Assembly (NCBI GenBank): GCA_964644425.1
Contig: CAZXVL010000002.1
Location: 1-49,879, forward strand
Direction: 5' to 3'
Length of the DNA stretch: 49,879 nt
Source: an uncultured Candidatus Planktophila sp.
GTDB lineage: Bacteria; Actinomycetota; Actinomycetes; Nanopelagicales; Nanopelagicaceae
Each line of letters begins with the position of its first letter. Position 1 is the stretch's first letter. Under the pieces are notes generated by a model that saw nothing but the letters and a program-made list of their open reading frames with translations, searched no databases and had not been told where the DNA came from. Made by a program: the position numbers and the translations under genes. This document shows positions 9,143-19,106 of the stretch, in pieces.

Positions 9143-10702
9143 ATGGATACTCATGGCGAACTTCGCGCAGCCTTAGGTAAGCGCGTCTCGATTCGCCTGC
9201 GTGATGGCGATGGCTTCAGGGATCTCTTGGGAGTCTTGAAGAGTGAGAATCAGCTGATTCGTCGAAATGGCGAAGTGGCAGAGTTCAACCCTGACGATAT
9301 TGCCTTCTTTCGGGTAGTTCCTGTCTTTACACCTGGCAATCTTGAAAATCCCATCTTTCATATCTACGACACCGCTGCGCGCAAGAGCGTTCCTATCGCA
9401 GGTGAATTAATTCGCATCTACTCATGTGGCCCTACTGTCTATCGCGATGCCCACATAGGAAATATGCGCACCTTCTTGCTGACTGACTTAATTCGACGAT
9501 CACTTGCACTCAATGGAATCGAGACTTTGTCGGTATCCAATATCACCGATGTGGGGCATATGGCTGAAAATCTTGTCGCCGATAGCGAAGGTGGAGATAA
9601 AGTTCTTGAAGAGGCTAAGAGTCAATCTCTGAGCGCTCTGGAGATTGCTCGTAAGTATGAGTCTCGCTTTCATGAAGACTTAGCGCGACTAAATATTCTT
9701 CCCGTCGATTTCTATCCGAGAGCAAGTGAGAAGATTGATGAGATCATCACCTCGGTCTCTCGTTTAGTTGAACTCAACGCAGCTTATGTGGGCGAGGATG
9801 GCAATGTTTATTTCGATGCACGAAGTGCTGCTGAGTATGGATACATCAGCGGTAATAAATTAGATCAACTTCAACCTGGCCATCGTTATGAGTACAGCGG
9901 TGATGGTGGCAAGAGATTTCATGCAGATTGGGCTCTGTGGAAGCTTGCAGGCAACCGTAGTGAAATGGTCTGGGACTCACCCTGGGGTGCTGGTTTTCCA
10001 GGTTGGCATATTGAATGTAGTGCGATGTCACTTGAACTTCTCGGAGAAGCAATTGATATTCATGTGGGTGGAATCGATCTTCGCTTCCCTCATCACGAAA
10101 ACGAGCGAGCACAGACAAATGCATTGGCACAATCTGAAGTCGTCCGCCACTGGGTACACGGTGAGCATCTCCTCTTTGAGGGGCGAAAGATGTCAAAGAG
10201 CGCTGGAAATGTACTCCTTGTCTCCTCTCTTATCGATGCAGGCTTAGATCCACTCTCACTTCGATTGGCACTTTTGGAGAATAGGTATCGCTCACAGATT
10301 GATATGACTTGGCAGAATCTGAAAGCGGCAGATGCGACTCTTTCAAGATGGCGCACTGCTATGAATACTTGGGGATCTTCGAATGAGGTGAAGGTCGATT
10401 CTGAGATTCGAGCACATTTGATGAATGATCTCGACACACCTAAAGCGATCATTCGCCTTCGTGCGATAGAAAAGGATTCTGCATATGGCAGCCAAGACAA
10501 GAGAGCGATATTTCTATTCGCAGATCAAGTCTTAGGCCTCGATCTTGACCGCGCTCCAGCAGAAGAAGTTATCTCCGATGAAGTTCAACAATTAATTGAT
10601 GCACGTAGCGCTGCACGTGCTGCAGGTAATTGGAGTGAGAGTGATCGCCTACGAGATCAACTCATTGCTTTGGGGATAACACCCAACGACAAGAAAGCTT
10701 AA
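9143..10702 (+). CDS. cysS: Cysteine--tRNA ligase with an extra ~65-aa N-terminal domain
   Basis: YSCGPTVY...AHIGN (HIGH), [37 protein letters not shown]-terminal anticodon helices ([15 protein letters not shown]). Start at ATG 9143, 6 nt after TATGGT. Confidence 0.9.
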   Translation: MDTHGELRAALGKRVSIRLRDGDGFRDLLGVLKSENQLIRRNGEVAEFNPDDIAFFRVVPVFTPGNLENPIFHIYDTAARKSVPIAGELIRIYSCGPTVYRDAHIGNMRTFLLTDLIRRSLALNGIETLSVSNITDVGHMAENLVADSEGGDKVLEEAKSQSLSALEIARKYESRFHEDLARLNILPVDFYPRASEKIDEIITSVSRLVELNAAYVGEDGNVYFDARSAAEYGYISGNKLDQLQPGHRYEYSGDGGKRFHADWALWKLAGNRSEMVWDSPWGAGFPGWHIECSAMSLELLGEAIDIHVGGIDLRFPHHENERAQTNALAQSEVVRHWVHGEHLLFEGRKMSKSAGNVLLVSSLIDAGLDPLSLRLALLENRYRSQIDMTWQNLKAADATLSRWRTAMNTWGSSNEVKVDSEIRAHLMNDLDTPKAIIRLRAIEKDSAYGSQDKRAIFLFADQVLGLDLDRAPAEEVISDEVQQLIDARSAARAAGNWSESDRLRDQLIALGITPNDKKA

Positions 10703-11010
10703 ATTCGTCGAACTGTTGCAAGAAATACAGTGAGAGTGCCCAATAGCAGTAGCGCGGTTCCAGCCTTATCTCCAATAACGAGAATCTCTTGACCTTCACC
10801 TAACGTGCCTGCACGAATAATTACCGCCAACCACATAGCTGATGCCAGAGCCTTAAATCTTTTCTTGCCACTTTCTCGACCAACCCACCACACAGAAAAG
10901 TATGTAAACACAAGACCAAGCAGCAGTCCCCATGGCTGCAGACTCTGGTGGAGAAGCGTTGCAACAATCGCAGCAGTTACTCCGATGACTATTGCCTTGA
11001 GGTATTGCAT
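10699..11010 (-). CDS. Small membrane protein (DUF6113-like) downstream of mshB
   Basis: Four hydrophobic helices, PWGLLLG; abuts the mshB stop codon. Confidence 0.7.
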   Translation of the reverse strand: MQYLKAIVIGVTAAIVATLLHQSLQPWGLLLGLVFTYFSVWWVGRESGKKRFKALASAMWLAVIIRAGTLGEGQEILVIGDKAGTALLLLGTLTVFLATVRRI

Positions 11011-11874
11011 CTAGAGCGAGATTCCCGCAAAGAGATCGGTCTCTCGACCCTTTTCATCAAATGGTTCAGATTTTTCGCCACGGACGAGTGTGTAGTACTC
11101 ATTACCCCAAACTTGTAGCCCTAAATTATTGGAGAGGGCAAAGAATGGACCATCCACGGCAATTTGTGTGCCGTGGGCACGCATTGCATCCATCTTCGCA
11201 TCAACATAATCGTTGCCATCGATATGTGCGGTTACAAATGAGTCATCCTTTGCAAAGGGAAGATCATCAGCGCTTTCAACGCCCATAAAGTCTGAACCGA
11301 TTGCTCTCATTGCATCGATACCTTCTTGAATAACAGATCGCGGCATGACATTCCAATAAATCTTTGGAATCTTCCATTGGGCAGATTCTGCCCCAGCCAT
11401 AGCAACTCGATGCGCCTGAATATGATCCGGATGACCATAACCACCTATCTCATCATAGGTAATTAAGATATGGGGTCTGACTTCTTCAATGATTGCCACC
11501 ATCTGTGCAGTTGCCTCAGAGAGGTTAGCTTTCCAAAAGCAATCTTCTCGCTCATTTGGCGCAGTGCCAATCATGCCGCTATCGCGATACTTAACATCCG
11601 GTGCGCCAAGAAATCGATAATCTGAAATACCCAACGCTGTCATTGCATTTGCAAGCTCTACCTCGCGATGGGCGCCCAAAGTATCATCGTGTGCTGCAGC
11701 TAAATGGGCAAGGTCGTCAATGAGAACTTCACCCTCTTCACCTCGAGTGCAGGTTACAAGAGTGACTTCTGCACCAAGTGCTGCATACATCGCCATCGTG
11801 GCGCCGTTGTTAATCGTCTCATCATCAGGATGAGCATGAACTAAGAGTGCGCGATATCCGCTGTACTTTCTCAT
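11011..11874 (-). CDS. mshB: GlcNAc-Ins deacetylase (mycothiol biosynthesis)
   Basis: [50 protein letters not shown]. Start moved to ATG 11874 (TAATG overlap with moeZ stop). Confidence 0.92.
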   Translation of the reverse strand: MRKYSGYRALLVHAHPDDETINNGATMAMYAALGAEVTLVTCTRGEEGEVLIDDLAHLAAAHDDTLGAHREVELANAMTALGISDYRFLGAPDVKYRDSGMIGTAPNEREDCFWKANLSEATAQMVAIIEEVRPHILITYDEIGGYGHPDHIQAHRVAMAGAESAQWKIPKIYWNVMPRSVIQEGIDAMRAIGSDFMGVESADDLPFAKDDSFVTAHIDGNDYVDAKMDAMRAHGTQIAVDGPFFALSNNLGLQVWGNEYYTLVRGEKSEPFDEKGRETDLFAGISL

Positions 11875-13055
11875 TAGTAGACCGGAAGGGATGTATCGAT
11901 CTGCTTTGCCCAAGCAATGACTCCACCACTTACATGTGAGGCATCGGCAAAGCCTGCACTCTTTAGAATTGCAAGACACTCGGCAGATCTCACACCACTC
12001 TTGCAGTGAAGGATGATCGGCTTATCTTGCGGAAGAGAAGAGAGCGCGGTTCCATCGATAAATCCCTGCTTTGGAATCAAATGAGAACCTGGAATACGAA
12101 CTATCTCGAACTCACTTGGCTCTCGAACATCGATGAGATAGAAATCGTCCTTCTTATCCATCTTTGACTGAAGCTCTTGCACGGTAATTGTTGAACCTGT
12201 GCTTGCCTCTTGCGCCGCATCAGATAGAACTCCACAGAATGCTTCGTAGTCAGGAAGCAGCGCTGTCTGCCGAGGATTTTCACTACAGATTGGGCAATTT
12301 GGATCTTTACGGATTTTAACCTTGCGAAATTCCATCTCAAGTGCGTCATAAATCATGAGTGAGCCAATCAGTGACTCTCCAATACCTGTAATGACCTTAA
12401 TCGCCTCGGTTGTCTGGATAGAACCGATTGTTGCGCAGAGAACACCAAGCACTCCTCCTTCAGCGCAGCTTGGAACCATTCCTGGAGGCGGAGGCTCTGG
12501 GTAGAGGCAGCGATAGCAAGGACCGTATTCGGCCCAATAGACACTTGCCTGACCATCAAAGCGATATATAGAACCCCACACATATGGCTTCTTTAGTAGC
12601 ACACAGGCATCGTTAACAAGGTAACGGGTAGCAAAGTTATCTGTTCCATCAACAATGATGTCGTACTGCGCAAAGATCTCCATGACATTGGAGTTATCTA
12701 GACGAGTTTCATGAGTCACAACCTTTACATAAGGATTGATTTCTGCAATCTTCTCGCGAGCGCTTTCAGCCTTGCTCTTTCCAATATCTGATTGGCCGTG
12801 AATGATTTGACGTTGGAGATTTGATTCATCGACTGTATCGAATTCGACAATTCCGAGAGTTCCGATTCCTGCTGCTGCAAGATACATCAGAGCTGGCGAA
12901 CCGAGGCCACCTGCGCCAACGCAGAGTACTTTTGCATTCATCATGCGCTGCTGTCCCGCCATTGCAACGTCAGGGATGATCAGATGTCGACTATATCGAC
13001 GCACCTCTTCAACTGTCAGTGGTGCACCTGGCTGAACTAATGGTGGAGTCTTCAT
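11874..13055 (-). CDS. moeZ: Adenylyltransferase/sulfurtransferase MoeZ (ThiF/MoeB plus rhodanese)
   Basis: [43 protein letters not shown]-terminal rhodanese HCKSGVRS. Start moved to ATG 13055. Confidence 0.94.
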   Translation of the reverse strand: MKTPPLVQPGAPLTVEEVRRYSRHLIIPDVAMAGQQRMMNAKVLCVGAGGLGSPALMYLAAAGIGTLGIVEFDTVDESNLQRQIIHGQSDIGKSKAESAREKIAEINPYVKVVTHETRLDNSNVMEIFAQYDIIVDGTDNFATRYLVNDACVLLKKPYVWGSIYRFDGQASVYWAEYGPCYRCLYPEPPPPGMVPSCAEGGVLGVLCATIGSIQTTEAIKVITGIGESLIGSLMIYDALEMEFRKVKIRKDPNCPICSENPRQTALLPDYEAFCGVLSDAAQEASTGSTITVQELQSKMDKKDDFYLIDVREPSEFEIVRIPGSHLIPKQGFIDGTALSSLPQDKPIILHCKSGVRSAECLAILKSAGFADASHVSGGVIAWAKQIDTSLPVY

Positions 13056-13121
13056 GGCTGGATTCTGCCGTACCTGTTGCACCCTCGCCAATTCAGGTAA
13101 GAGTCGAGTAGAATCTCGCCA

Positions 13122-13766
13122 ATGAGCGCTACAGATGCAAGTAATTCGCAGAATTCACAGGCCCGTGGAGACAAGGCAAGACTGCCTCGCGATGAGCGAC
13201 GAGCGATTCTTCTCAGTGCAGCTCTCGAGGTTTTCACAGCCGCTGGTTATCACTCTGCAGCGATGGATGAAATTGCAGATCGCGCAAATGTCAGCAAGCC
13301 GGTTCTGTATCAGCACTTTCCTTCAAAGCTAGATCTCTATCTCGCTGTTCTGGATTTGCATATTGACTCACTTGTCTATGAAATTCAAAAAGCTATTTCA
13401 TCTACACCAGATAACGCTCTTCGCGTTCATGCAACGATCGATGCCTACTTTAGTTTTATTGAAAATGAAGGTGAAGCATTCAGACTTCTCTTTGAAAGCG
13501 ATATGAGTGTTGAACCTCAAGTGGCAGAGCGTCTCAATCGAATGACCTACGACTGCGCAGCTGCGGTAAGTGGTGTTATCTCAAATGACACTGGTCTTCC
13601 AAAGGAGGCAGCGATGTTGCTCGGTATTGGCCTCATTGGTATGACGCAGGTTACTGCTCGCCATTGGCTCGAGCGCGATAGCAAGCTCACCCGCCAACAG
13701 GCGATGGAGCTCGTGGAGAACCTCATGTGGCGAGGCATCTCTGGATTTCCCCGCACTGAGCTTTAA
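13122..13766 (+). CDS. TetR/AcrR-family regulator (Rv3208-like)
   Basis: GYHSAAMDEIADRANVSKPVLYQHFPSKLDLY HTH; C-terminal WRGISGFP. Confidence 0.92.
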   Translation: MSATDASNSQNSQARGDKARLPRDERRAILLSAALEVFTAAGYHSAAMDEIADRANVSKPVLYQHFPSKLDLYLAVLDLHIDSLVYEIQKAISSTPDNALRVHATIDAYFSFIENEGEAFRLLFESDMSVEPQVAERLNRMTYDCAAAVSGVISNDTGLPKEAAMLLGIGLIGMTQVTARHWLERDSKLTRQQAMELVENLMWRGISGFPRTEL

Positions 13767-13783
13767 CCAATAGAATTACCCAC

Positions 13784-14035
13784 ATGAGCACCAAGAAGAA
13801 TGAGAAATCATCACAAGTACGAATCGCTGTTACAGATGTTTCAAGCGAACTCTCCTTTGAGTGCCCCTCAACACCTGATGAGATCAAGAGCGCATTTACT
13901 GCCGCTCTAGCCAACAACACACCGCTGACTCTGACAGATATCCGTGGCCACGAGATCCTCGTGCCAGCGGCAAAGATTGGCTATATCGAAATCGGTGAGC
14001 CAGTTGAACGTCGCGTCGGATTTGGCGCCCTATAA
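13784..14035 (+). CDS. DUF3107-family protein
   Basis: LTLTDxRG...VPAAKIGYIEIG...RRVGFG signature. Confidence 0.88.
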   Translation: MSTKKNEKSSQVRIAVTDVSSELSFECPSTPDEIKSAFTAALANNTPLTLTDIRGHEILVPAAKIGYIEIGEPVERRVGFGAL

Positions 14036-15394
14036 GTGAGTCTTTCATTCGCTGAACTTCCATTACGTAAAGAGACTATTGATTCACTTCACCTCCACGG
14101 CTTCCTTGCACCCTTTGCCATTCAAGAGATGGTTCTTCCAATTGCACTCGCAGATGGAGATGTAATCGGGCAGGCAAAGACTGGAACTGGCAAGACACTC
14201 GCCTTTGGTATTCCTGTCATCGAGCGAGTTATTGCGCCACAAGATTCTGAGTGGGAAGGCCTTGAGGCTAAGGGTTCACCGCAAGCACTCATCGTTGTTC
14301 CTACGCGCGAACTCTGTGTGCAGGTAACAAAAGATATTGAGGAGCTCGCACATTCTCGCGGGATTCGCACACTCGCTGTTTATGGTGGACGTGCATTTGA
14401 GCCGCAGATTGAGGCGCTCGAATCTGGCGTTGAAATCGTTGTTGGAACTCCAGGGCGCCTTCTCGATCTCTATCGCCAAGGAAAGCTCAAGCTTTCAAAG
14501 GTAACTCGCGTTGTGTTAGATGAGGCTGATGAAATGCTCGATTTGGGATTCTTGCCTGATGTAGAGAAGATTTTCACTTCAACACCTGCCCGCCAGCAGA
14601 CAATGCTCTTCTCTGCAACTATGCCTGGCGACATCATCGCCCTTGCACGCCGATTTATGAATCAGCCCATGCACATTCGGACCCAAGATTCGCAAGATGA
14701 GGGTCGCGTTGTTCCGCGCATTAAGCAGTACGTATTCCGTGCTCATGCAATGGATAAGACAGAGATGCTTGCGCGCATTCTTCAAGCCGAGGGTCGCGGT
14801 CCCACAATTGTTTTCTGTCGCACAAAGCGCACTGCACAAAAGACTGCAGATGATCTCGTAGAGCGCGGCTATAACGCTTCATCTATCCACGGAGATCTTG
14901 GGCAGAGTGCGCGCGAAAAGGCGCTCAATGACTTTAAATCAGGTAAGCGTGACGTTCTGATTGCAACAGATGTAGCAGCTCGCGGTATCGATGTTGATGG
15001 AATCACCCACGTAATCAACTTTCAATGCCCTGAAGATGAGAAGACCTATGTCCACCGAATCGGTCGCACAGCTCGAGCTGGCGCAGATGGAATCGCAGTC
15101 ACATTTGTGGATTGGGATGAGCTTGCTAGATGGAAGATGATTGATACAGCACTTGAGCTTGGACTTCCTGAACCCATTGAAACTTACTCATCCTCTGATC
15201 ACCTCTACGAAGCCCTCAGCATCCCTCGTGATGCATCAGGTCGAATGGTGGCAGCTAAGAAGGTAGATGCTCCTGCAAAGAGCGTGCGACCTGCACGTAA
15301 GCGCTCAGATGCACCAGTTGCCGCTAAAGAGAAAGCCCCTCGCGAGAAGAGCGCACGTGTGCGAACTCGCACCAAGCGCATCTCAGATAACTAG
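14036..15394 (+). CDS. DEAD-box RNA helicase
   Basis: Q motif, AKTGTGKT, PTREL, TPGR, DEAD, SAT, ARGID, HRIGRTAR, basic C-terminal tail. Confidence 0.96.
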   Translation: MSLSFAELPLRKETIDSLHLHGFLAPFAIQEMVLPIALADGDVIGQAKTGTGKTLAFGIPVIERVIAPQDSEWEGLEAKGSPQALIVVPTRELCVQVTKDIEELAHSRGIRTLAVYGGRAFEPQIEALESGVEIVVGTPGRLLDLYRQGKLKLSKVTRVVLDEADEMLDLGFLPDVEKIFTSTPARQQTMLFSATMPGDIIALARRFMNQPMHIRTQDSQDEGRVVPRIKQYVFRAHAMDKTEMLARILQAEGRGPTIVFCRTKRTAQKTADDLVERGYNASSIHGDLGQSAREKALNDFKSGKRDVLIATDVAARGIDVDGITHVINFQCPEDEKTYVHRIGRTARAGADGIAVTFVDWDELARWKMIDTALELGLPEPIETYSSSDHLYEALSIPRDASGRMVAAKKVDAPAKSVRPARKRSDAPVAAKEKAPREKSARVRTRTKRISDN

Positions 15395-15408
15395 CCCGCC
15401 AATTAAAA

Positions 15409-16014
15409 CTAGCTAGCCAATACCTTTATAGCATCCGCCAGCATCTGTACGGCAATCGCTGCAAGCAGTAATCCTGCAATACGCGCAAGAAGAGTTACTC
15501 CAGACTCTTTAATAATCGAGAGCACCTTCGTTGAAAGCATCAAAATGATTCCAATAATTAGGTGAACTGCAACAATGGCAAGAACTAACGCTCCCATCTT
15601 CGAATTAGTATCTGCCTGCTGCACAAAGATCATTGTGGCAACAATTGCACCAGGACCAGCAAGTAGCGGTGTGCCAAGTGGGACCATTCCAATATTGGTA
15701 CCTTCGCTGGCTTGCTCGCTAGAAGTTCCGGTAAGTAATTGAAGTGAGACGTATAAAAGCAGCAATCCTCCGGCGGCCTGTAATGCCTCAATAGAGACGT
15801 GCATGTAATCAAGGATTACCTGACCGAAAATTGCAAAGGTGGCAATTACAAATAGCGAAACACCAGCTGCCTGCCATGCAAGGCGCGTACGTTCTTTCGG
15901 GCTCTTCTTTGAAACGAGAGCAAGAAAAATCGGTGTTGCCCCTGGTGGATCAAAAATAACCAAAAGGGTAACAAATGCCTGTACGGCAAATGTCATTGTG
16001 CTTACAGTATTCAT
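15409..16014 (-). CDS. MarC-family membrane protein
   Basis: DPPGATPIF, AGGLLL, VPLGTPLLAGPGAI, RIAGLLLAAIAVQ. Start moved to ATG 16014 (ATGA overlap). Confidence 0.92.
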   Translation of the reverse strand: MNTVSTMTFAVQAFVTLLVIFDPPGATPIFLALVSKKSPKERTRLAWQAAGVSLFVIATFAIFGQVILDYMHVSIEALQAAGGLLLLYVSLQLLTGTSSEQASEGTNIGMVPLGTPLLAGPGAIVATMIFVQQADTNSKMGALVLAIVAVHLIIGIILMLSTKVLSIIKESGVTLLARIAGLLLAAIAVQMLADAIKVLAS

Positions 16015-16856
16015 CGTCTTACAACTCTTCTCTGACTTGCCATCGCCTCTAAACGTTCCCATTCTGCTGGATGAGTGGTGTTCTCCCCCAGTGAATTAAG
16101 TTTTCCGGTTCCATGGTAATCGCTAGATCCAGTCATTACTAAATTGAGCGAACGTGCCACGGCAATCAGTTGGTCGCGCTCATCGCTGCTATGGTCTCGA
16201 TGATAAACCTCAATGCCATGAAGACCTGCTTCAACCAGAGATGTAAAGGTATTCTCATTAATCACTTGCCCACGTCTGGATGCAAATGGATGAGCGATCA
16301 CAGCCACTCCCCCTGCAGCGATTATCGCTCGAATTGAATCCTCAGGTGTAGGCGAGAGATGCGTGACATAGAAAGGAGAGTCATTATTGAGGAGATCGGT
16401 GAAGGCTTCATCGCGACTTTTCACAATCTTCTTTGTCACAAGAGCATCGGCAAGATGCGGGCGTCCCACGGTTGCGCCCTCAGGAGTATGTGCCTGGACA
16501 TCTTCTAAAGTGATTTCATAGCCTGCACCTTGAAGGTTTTCAATCATCTTCTTCATACGTGGAATTCGTGTATCGCGCGAATCGGCGAGGAGTTGCTGCA
16601 TCGGTTGATTTTGGCCATCAAAGAGAAGACCCAACATATGGACGGCGATGCCATCCTCTGTTAAACATGAAATCTCAGCTCCGAGGACGAGTGCAAGATC
16701 GCCGTGGAGTGCATCAATGGCTTCTTGCCAACCTGAAGTTGTGTCATGGTCTGCAAGACCAAGAACAGTGATTCCAGAAGATGCCGCTTTCTTCACAAGT
16801 TCTAGTGGTGAATCTGTCCCATCGCTATAACTTGTATGTGTATGAAGATCGATCAC
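16011..16856 (-). CDS. PHP-domain phosphoesterase/nuclease (TrpH/YciV-like)
   Basis: DLHTHTSYSDG, ADHDT, GAEIS, GRPH, AHP, TGSSDYHG. Confidence 0.92.
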   Translation of the reverse strand: MIDLHTHTSYSDGTDSPLELVKKAASSGITVLGLADHDTTSGWQEAIDALHGDLALVLGAEISCLTEDGIAVHMLGLLFDGQNQPMQQLLADSRDTRIPRMKKMIENLQGAGYEITLEDVQAHTPEGATVGRPHLADALVTKKIVKSRDEAFTDLLNNDSPFYVTHLSPTPEDSIRAIIAAGGVAVIAHPFASRRGQVINENTFTSLVEAGLHGIEVYHRDHSSDERDQLIAVARSLNLVMTGSSDYHGTGKLNSLGENTTHPAEWERLEAMASQRRVVRR

Positions 16857-17752
16857 TCTTGCACCATCGCTTCCACGCTCTCTTTATCAGGTCTTGTCCG
16901 CAAGACTACAAGTGTGCATCCTATGAGAATAATGACGATTCCAGGGATGATTGCACCTGTTGGTTGAAGTCCAATGTTAAAGATCTTTGCAAGAATCGCA
17001 GCAACAGGTACTTCAAAGAAGACAATAAGGGAAACTACTTCTGGTGAAACGCGCTTAAGGGCGGCGTTAAACATTGAATGCCCCAATATCTGCGCACCTG
17101 CAATGAGGCCGAGCAATATCCACCACTCTCGAATTGCAAAGTTGAAAATCTCATCTCCATTGATAATTGCAAAAGGTAGTGCGGTGAGAGCGCAGACTCC
17201 ATAACAAATTGATGTATAGCTTGTGGTCTCTAGCGTCTTGAGCGCTTTAGATCCAACAATCATGTATGCAGCTGCAAGTGCCGCAGAAATCACTGCAGCG
17301 ACATCTCCCAGAAATTGCTCTCTGTTCAGAGATAAATCTATTCCTGAGATAAGTAGCACTCCCGAGAAACTAATTACCATTCCAAGCCATGCTCGAGAGT
17401 GAATATCTCCGCCAGTGAATTTAACAAAGAGGCTTGCAAAAATTGGCTGCAAAGCAACAAGGGCTGTTCCTGCTGCAACGCTGGTAAGTCGCATTGCAAG
17501 AAAGAAGCCAATAAAGTGAAGCGCTAAGAGAACTCCTGCAAGAACAGACCACTTCGCACCTGTGCGATTGAGTGAATGCCTGAGGGCGAAGGGAAGTGTT
17601 ACTAGAGATCCACCAAGATTTCGCCAGAAGATAAGGGAGAGAATAGGCATAGTACTCAGGGCGATAAGGGGGCCAGATGAGCCGATTCCCAGGATTCCAA
17701 CCCCTAATCTGACTAGATCCGAGCGATGAGGGATTGCTTTACTGGCGGACAT
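16853..17752 (-). CDS. DMT/EamA-family transporter
   Basis: About 10 TM helices in two repeats, TSVAAGTALVALQP, QILGHS, EVPVAA. Start moved to ATG 17752, 6 nt after TACCTT. Confidence 0.88.
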   Translation of the reverse strand: MSASKAIPHRSDLVRLGVGILGIGSSGPLIALSTMPILSLIFWRNLGGSLVTLPFALRHSLNRTGAKWSVLAGVLLALHFIGFFLAMRLTSVAAGTALVALQPIFASLFVKFTGGDIHSRAWLGMVISFSGVLLISGIDLSLNREQFLGDVAAVISAALAAAYMIVGSKALKTLETTSYTSICYGVCALTALPFAIINGDEIFNFAIREWWILLGLIAGAQILGHSMFNAALKRVSPEVVSLIVFFEVPVAAILAKIFNIGLQPTGAIIPGIVIILIGCTLVVLRTRPDKESVEAMVQE

Positions 17753-17781
17753 GCGACAAAGGTAGCCGATACCCTTAGCCC
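17753..17781. promoter_or_regulatory. Back-to-back leaderless promoters (DMT / MgtE-like)
   Basis: Minus-strand TACCTT at 17759-17764 and plus-strand TACCCT at 17770-17775, each 6 nt from an ATG. Confidence 0.6.
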
Positions 17782-19104
17782 ATGAGCGGAAATGGAATGA
17801 CTCGAGTCTTTCTCGCCCGCCTTGCAGGAACTGCAGTCTTTGATCCCAACGGAGACCCAGTAGGTAAGGTGCGCGATGCTGTCGCGACCCTTCGCACCAA
17901 TAATCAACCTCCTCGAATTCTCGGTCTCGTTGTCGAGGTTCCACTACGCAGGCGCGTCTTTGTTCCAATCACTCGAGTCACTTCGATTGAATCCGGAGCG
18001 GTCGTCATTACTGGCTTGCTTAATATGCGTCGTTTTGAAACTCGAGTAGGAGAGATTCTCGTTCTGGGCGATCTCTTGGATCGATCTGTTGTAGTAGTTG
18101 ACGGCGCCGAATCAGTCGTTGTTGAAGATATGGGAATGGAGCTATCTCGCAATGGAGATTGGCTCATTACCAAGGTGCATGTCATGCGAAAGGGCCGAGG
18201 ACTTCGCCGCAAAGGCGCTACCTCTACCGTTGCATGGGAAGAGCTCACTGGCTTTGCCTCTCAAGAGAGCAATCAGGGCGCAACTCACCTTCTCTCAACT
18301 CTAAGCACATTACGTGCGGCAGATTTAGCTGCAGTATTTCAAGATTTATCCCCCAAGCGTCGAGTAGAAGTTGCTCGCGCACTCGATGATGAGCGCCTTG
18401 CCGATGTTATTGAAGAGATGGATGAGGCAGAGCGAGTAGCTCTTCTAGATCAACTCGAAGGCGAGAGAGCTGCAGACGTTCTTGAGGAGATGGACCCAGA
18501 TGATGCTGCAGATCTATTGCGCGAAATCGGAGAAGAGCGTGCTCAAGAGCTCATTGAGTTAATGGACCCTGAAGACGCAGAAGATGTTCTCCGTCTTATG
18601 ACTTATGAGGATTACTCAGCCGGTGGAATGATGACGACTGAGCCAATTGTGATGTCTGCTGATTACTCTGTTGCAGATGCACTGGCTGCAGTTCGAAAGA
18701 GCGAACTCTCTCCAGCTCTTGCCTCACAAGTATTCATCTGTCGCCAACCACTAGAGACTCCAACTGGGCGATTTATCGGCATGGTTCATTACCAGCGACT
18801 ACTGCGCGAGCCGCCATCGACTCTTCTTGGTTCAATTGTTGATACCAACACACAAGGTGTTAATCCTGATGCATCTCTGCATGAGGTTGCCTCATACTTA
18901 GCTAGCTATAACTTGCTATCACTGCCAGTTATCGATGCAAATGATCGACTCCTTGGAGCTGTCACAGTTGACGATGTGCTCGACCATCTCTTGCCAGAGA
19001 ACTGGCGTCATGACCATAGAGATTCAGCAGCGACTACAGCTGCTCTCGAGAATATCGATACTAGCTTTGCAGAAGATTTTGATTTAAAGAACGTGGAGGC
19101 ATAA
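17782..19104 (+). CDS. MgtE N-terminal/CBS-domain protein with PRC-like N-terminus, no TM domain
   Basis: VFDPNGDPVGKVRD, acidic helical repeats (MDPDDAADLL), YEDYSAGGMMTTE, GAVTVDDVLD. Confidence 0.88.
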   Translation: MSGNGMTRVFLARLAGTAVFDPNGDPVGKVRDAVATLRTNNQPPRILGLVVEVPLRRRVFVPITRVTSIESGAVVITGLLNMRRFETRVGEILVLGDLLDRSVVVVDGAESVVVEDMGMELSRNGDWLITKVHVMRKGRGLRRKGATSTVAWEELTGFASQESNQGATHLLSTLSTLRAADLAAVFQDLSPKRRVEVARALDDERLADVIEEMDEAERVALLDQLEGERAADVLEEMDPDDAADLLREIGEERAQELIELMDPEDAEDVLRLMTYEDYSAGGMMTTEPIVMSADYSVADALAAVRKSELSPALASQVFICRQPLETPTGRFIGMVHYQRLLREPPSTLLGSIVDTNTQGVNPDASLHEVASYLASYNLLSLPVIDANDRLLGAVTVDDVLDHLLPENWRHDHRDSAATTAALENIDTSFAEDFDLKNVEA

Positions 19105-19106
19105 CA

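Noticed and set aside
9143-10702. Calling the CysRS-like gene mshC because it is near mshB
   Set aside because: It has CGPTVY/HIGN and a C-terminal anticodon-binding domain; MshC has CGITPY/HLGH and lacks that domain.
17753-17968. Long N-terminal extensions in the ORF track (DMT, dapC, mshB, LOG, mutase, DUF5719-like, sigma-r4)
   Set aside because: They overlap neighbouring genes; downstream ATGs fit family N-termini, stop-start overlaps or -10 spacing better.
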